DNA of 26,736 nucleotides, from NCBI GenBank assembly GCA_044451405.1, contig JBIOKB010000013.1, forward strand, positions 1 to 26,736, read 5' to 3'. The DNA comes from Candidatus Babeliales bacterium (GTDB lineage Bacteria; Babelota; Babeliae; Babelales; Vermiphilaceae). Each line of letters begins with the position of its first letter. Within the stretch, counting starts at the first letter, position 1. Positions 25,858 to 26,736 of the stretch are shown piece by piece. Under the pieces are notes generated by a model. It did no database searches. It was not told where the DNA came from and saw only the letters and a list, made by a program, of their open reading frames with translations. Position numbers and translations under genes: made by a program.

Positions 25858-26736
25858 ATGCTCCTGATAACACTATTTCTCACTCTTGTATTCTCCATCC
25901 TATCAACTGCAATATTAAGTTATATCTCCATGGCCGTCATGATTGGACCCTGGATCCATTCATTAGTGGTGATTGCAAGCTCGATTATTTTCTCATTATT
26001 ACGATCACAGCTTTCAGCACAGCAACGTATGACCTCTATCTCATTAATTACGGCAGCATCATCTATTGGGGGCATTTTAGCTACTGGTTGTGGCTTTGCA
26101 TTTCCTACGCTCTATTTTCTTAACAAAGATCTGTTTGTAAGTTGGCTGAACACGCCAGTTTATTTTGTTGTTATTATGGCGCTTATGTCTTTTACCGCTG
26201 GTGCACTTGGATTATTAATTGCCAATCTCTTTGAACATAAATTGATAGTAGTTGATAAGTTGCCATTTCCTATAGGGGAGTTGAGTTATAGTTTAGTGGC
26301 ACTGCAAAACAATGTTGCTCAAACATATCAGCTTATTGTCGGTTCATTGGCAAGTGCTGTATACAGCGGCGCCATGTATTTTTATGCAGTATCACAACGC
26401 GTTATGCTCTTTTCTGGGTGTAGCATATATGGATTGCAATTGCCGGCACTTGGAATTCCTGCATACGAATTGCCATTGTTTATATCAATTGGATTTATCG
26501 CAGGAAGTATTATTATGGTTCCACTAGCCATTGGAGTCATATCTAAAATAATACTATTAAGTCCCGCGCACACATATTTTTTTGATTATTTAAATTACAA
26601 TGATTTCGCATTTGCTTTTATTAGTGGCATGGTTTTTTATGGGGCGATTGTGAGTCTTTTGGAGTTGCCCAAATTTTTTAAGACCATCATAAAAAAAGCA
26701 AAAACGTTATACAATCCAAATCAGTCTATCTTAAGG
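25858..26736 (+). CDS. OPT/YSL-family oligopeptide transporter-like membrane protein (3'-truncated; absent from the ORF track)
   Basis: Open from ATG 25858 (AGGAAAG upstream) to the window end: MLLITLFLTLVFSILSTAILSYISMAVMIGPW…ITAASSIGGILATGCGFAFPTLYF…LIVVDKLPFPIG. LxFPxG is characteristic of OPT transporters. Confidence 0.8.
   Translation, partial: MLLITLFLTLVFSILSTAILSYISMAVMIGPWIHSLVVIASSIIFSLLRSQLSAQQRMTSISLITAASSIGGILATGCGFAFPTLYFLNKDLFVSWLNTPVYFVVIMALMSFTAGALGLLIANLFEHKLIVVDKLPFPIGELSYSLVALQNNVAQTYQLIVGSLASAVYSGAMYFYAVSQRVMLFSGCSIYGLQLPALGIPAYELPLFISIGFIAGSIIMVPLAIGVISKIILLSPAHTYFFDYLNYNDFAFAFISGMVFYGAIVSLLELPKFFKTIIKKAKTLYNPNQSILR

Noticed and set aside
25830-26573. ORF-track entries 25830..26123, 26312..26527 and 26382..26573
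   Set aside because: Wrong-frame or antisense fragments overlapping the real OPT-like frame that starts at 25858.
1-26736. CRISPR array, tRNA/rRNA genes, transposase or prophage
   Set aside because: No regularly spaced repeat-spacer pattern, cloverleaf, rRNA-like segment, or transposase/phage motif was recognised by eye.

Overview
A gene-dense, AT-rich bacterial window. The gene style (many signal-peptide orphan proteins, divergent PheT, eroded GlmU) suggests a host-associated lineage such as Dependentiae/Babeliae (TM6); this is inference only. Housekeeping genes: pheT (5'-truncated), lspA, pgpA, comF, two SurA/PrsA-like chaperones, sbcD, a degenerate glmU, mreB and rsmA. Also present are two tandem LOG-family genes, several secreted orphans, and an OPT-family transporter missed by the ORF track (3'-truncated). 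The most notable features are: (1) a two-gene minus-strand operon in which a membrane-anchored UrtA/AmiC-like binding protein with an altered pocket overlaps a ~1070-aa protein built as dCache-dCache-pentameric ligand-gated ion channel (Pro-loop receptor), with no ABC transporter genes beside it; (2) a ~44-bp palindromic repeat found intergenically, in frame inside pheT, and as a nested element-in-element inside a secreted protein; (3) a LOG phosphoribohydrolase with a signal peptide next to a cytoplasmic paralogue; (4) a GlmU that has lost its uridylyltransferase motif; (5) a ~320-nt multi-hairpin intergenic region after rsmA. No rRNA, tRNA, CRISPR array or transposase was recognised.
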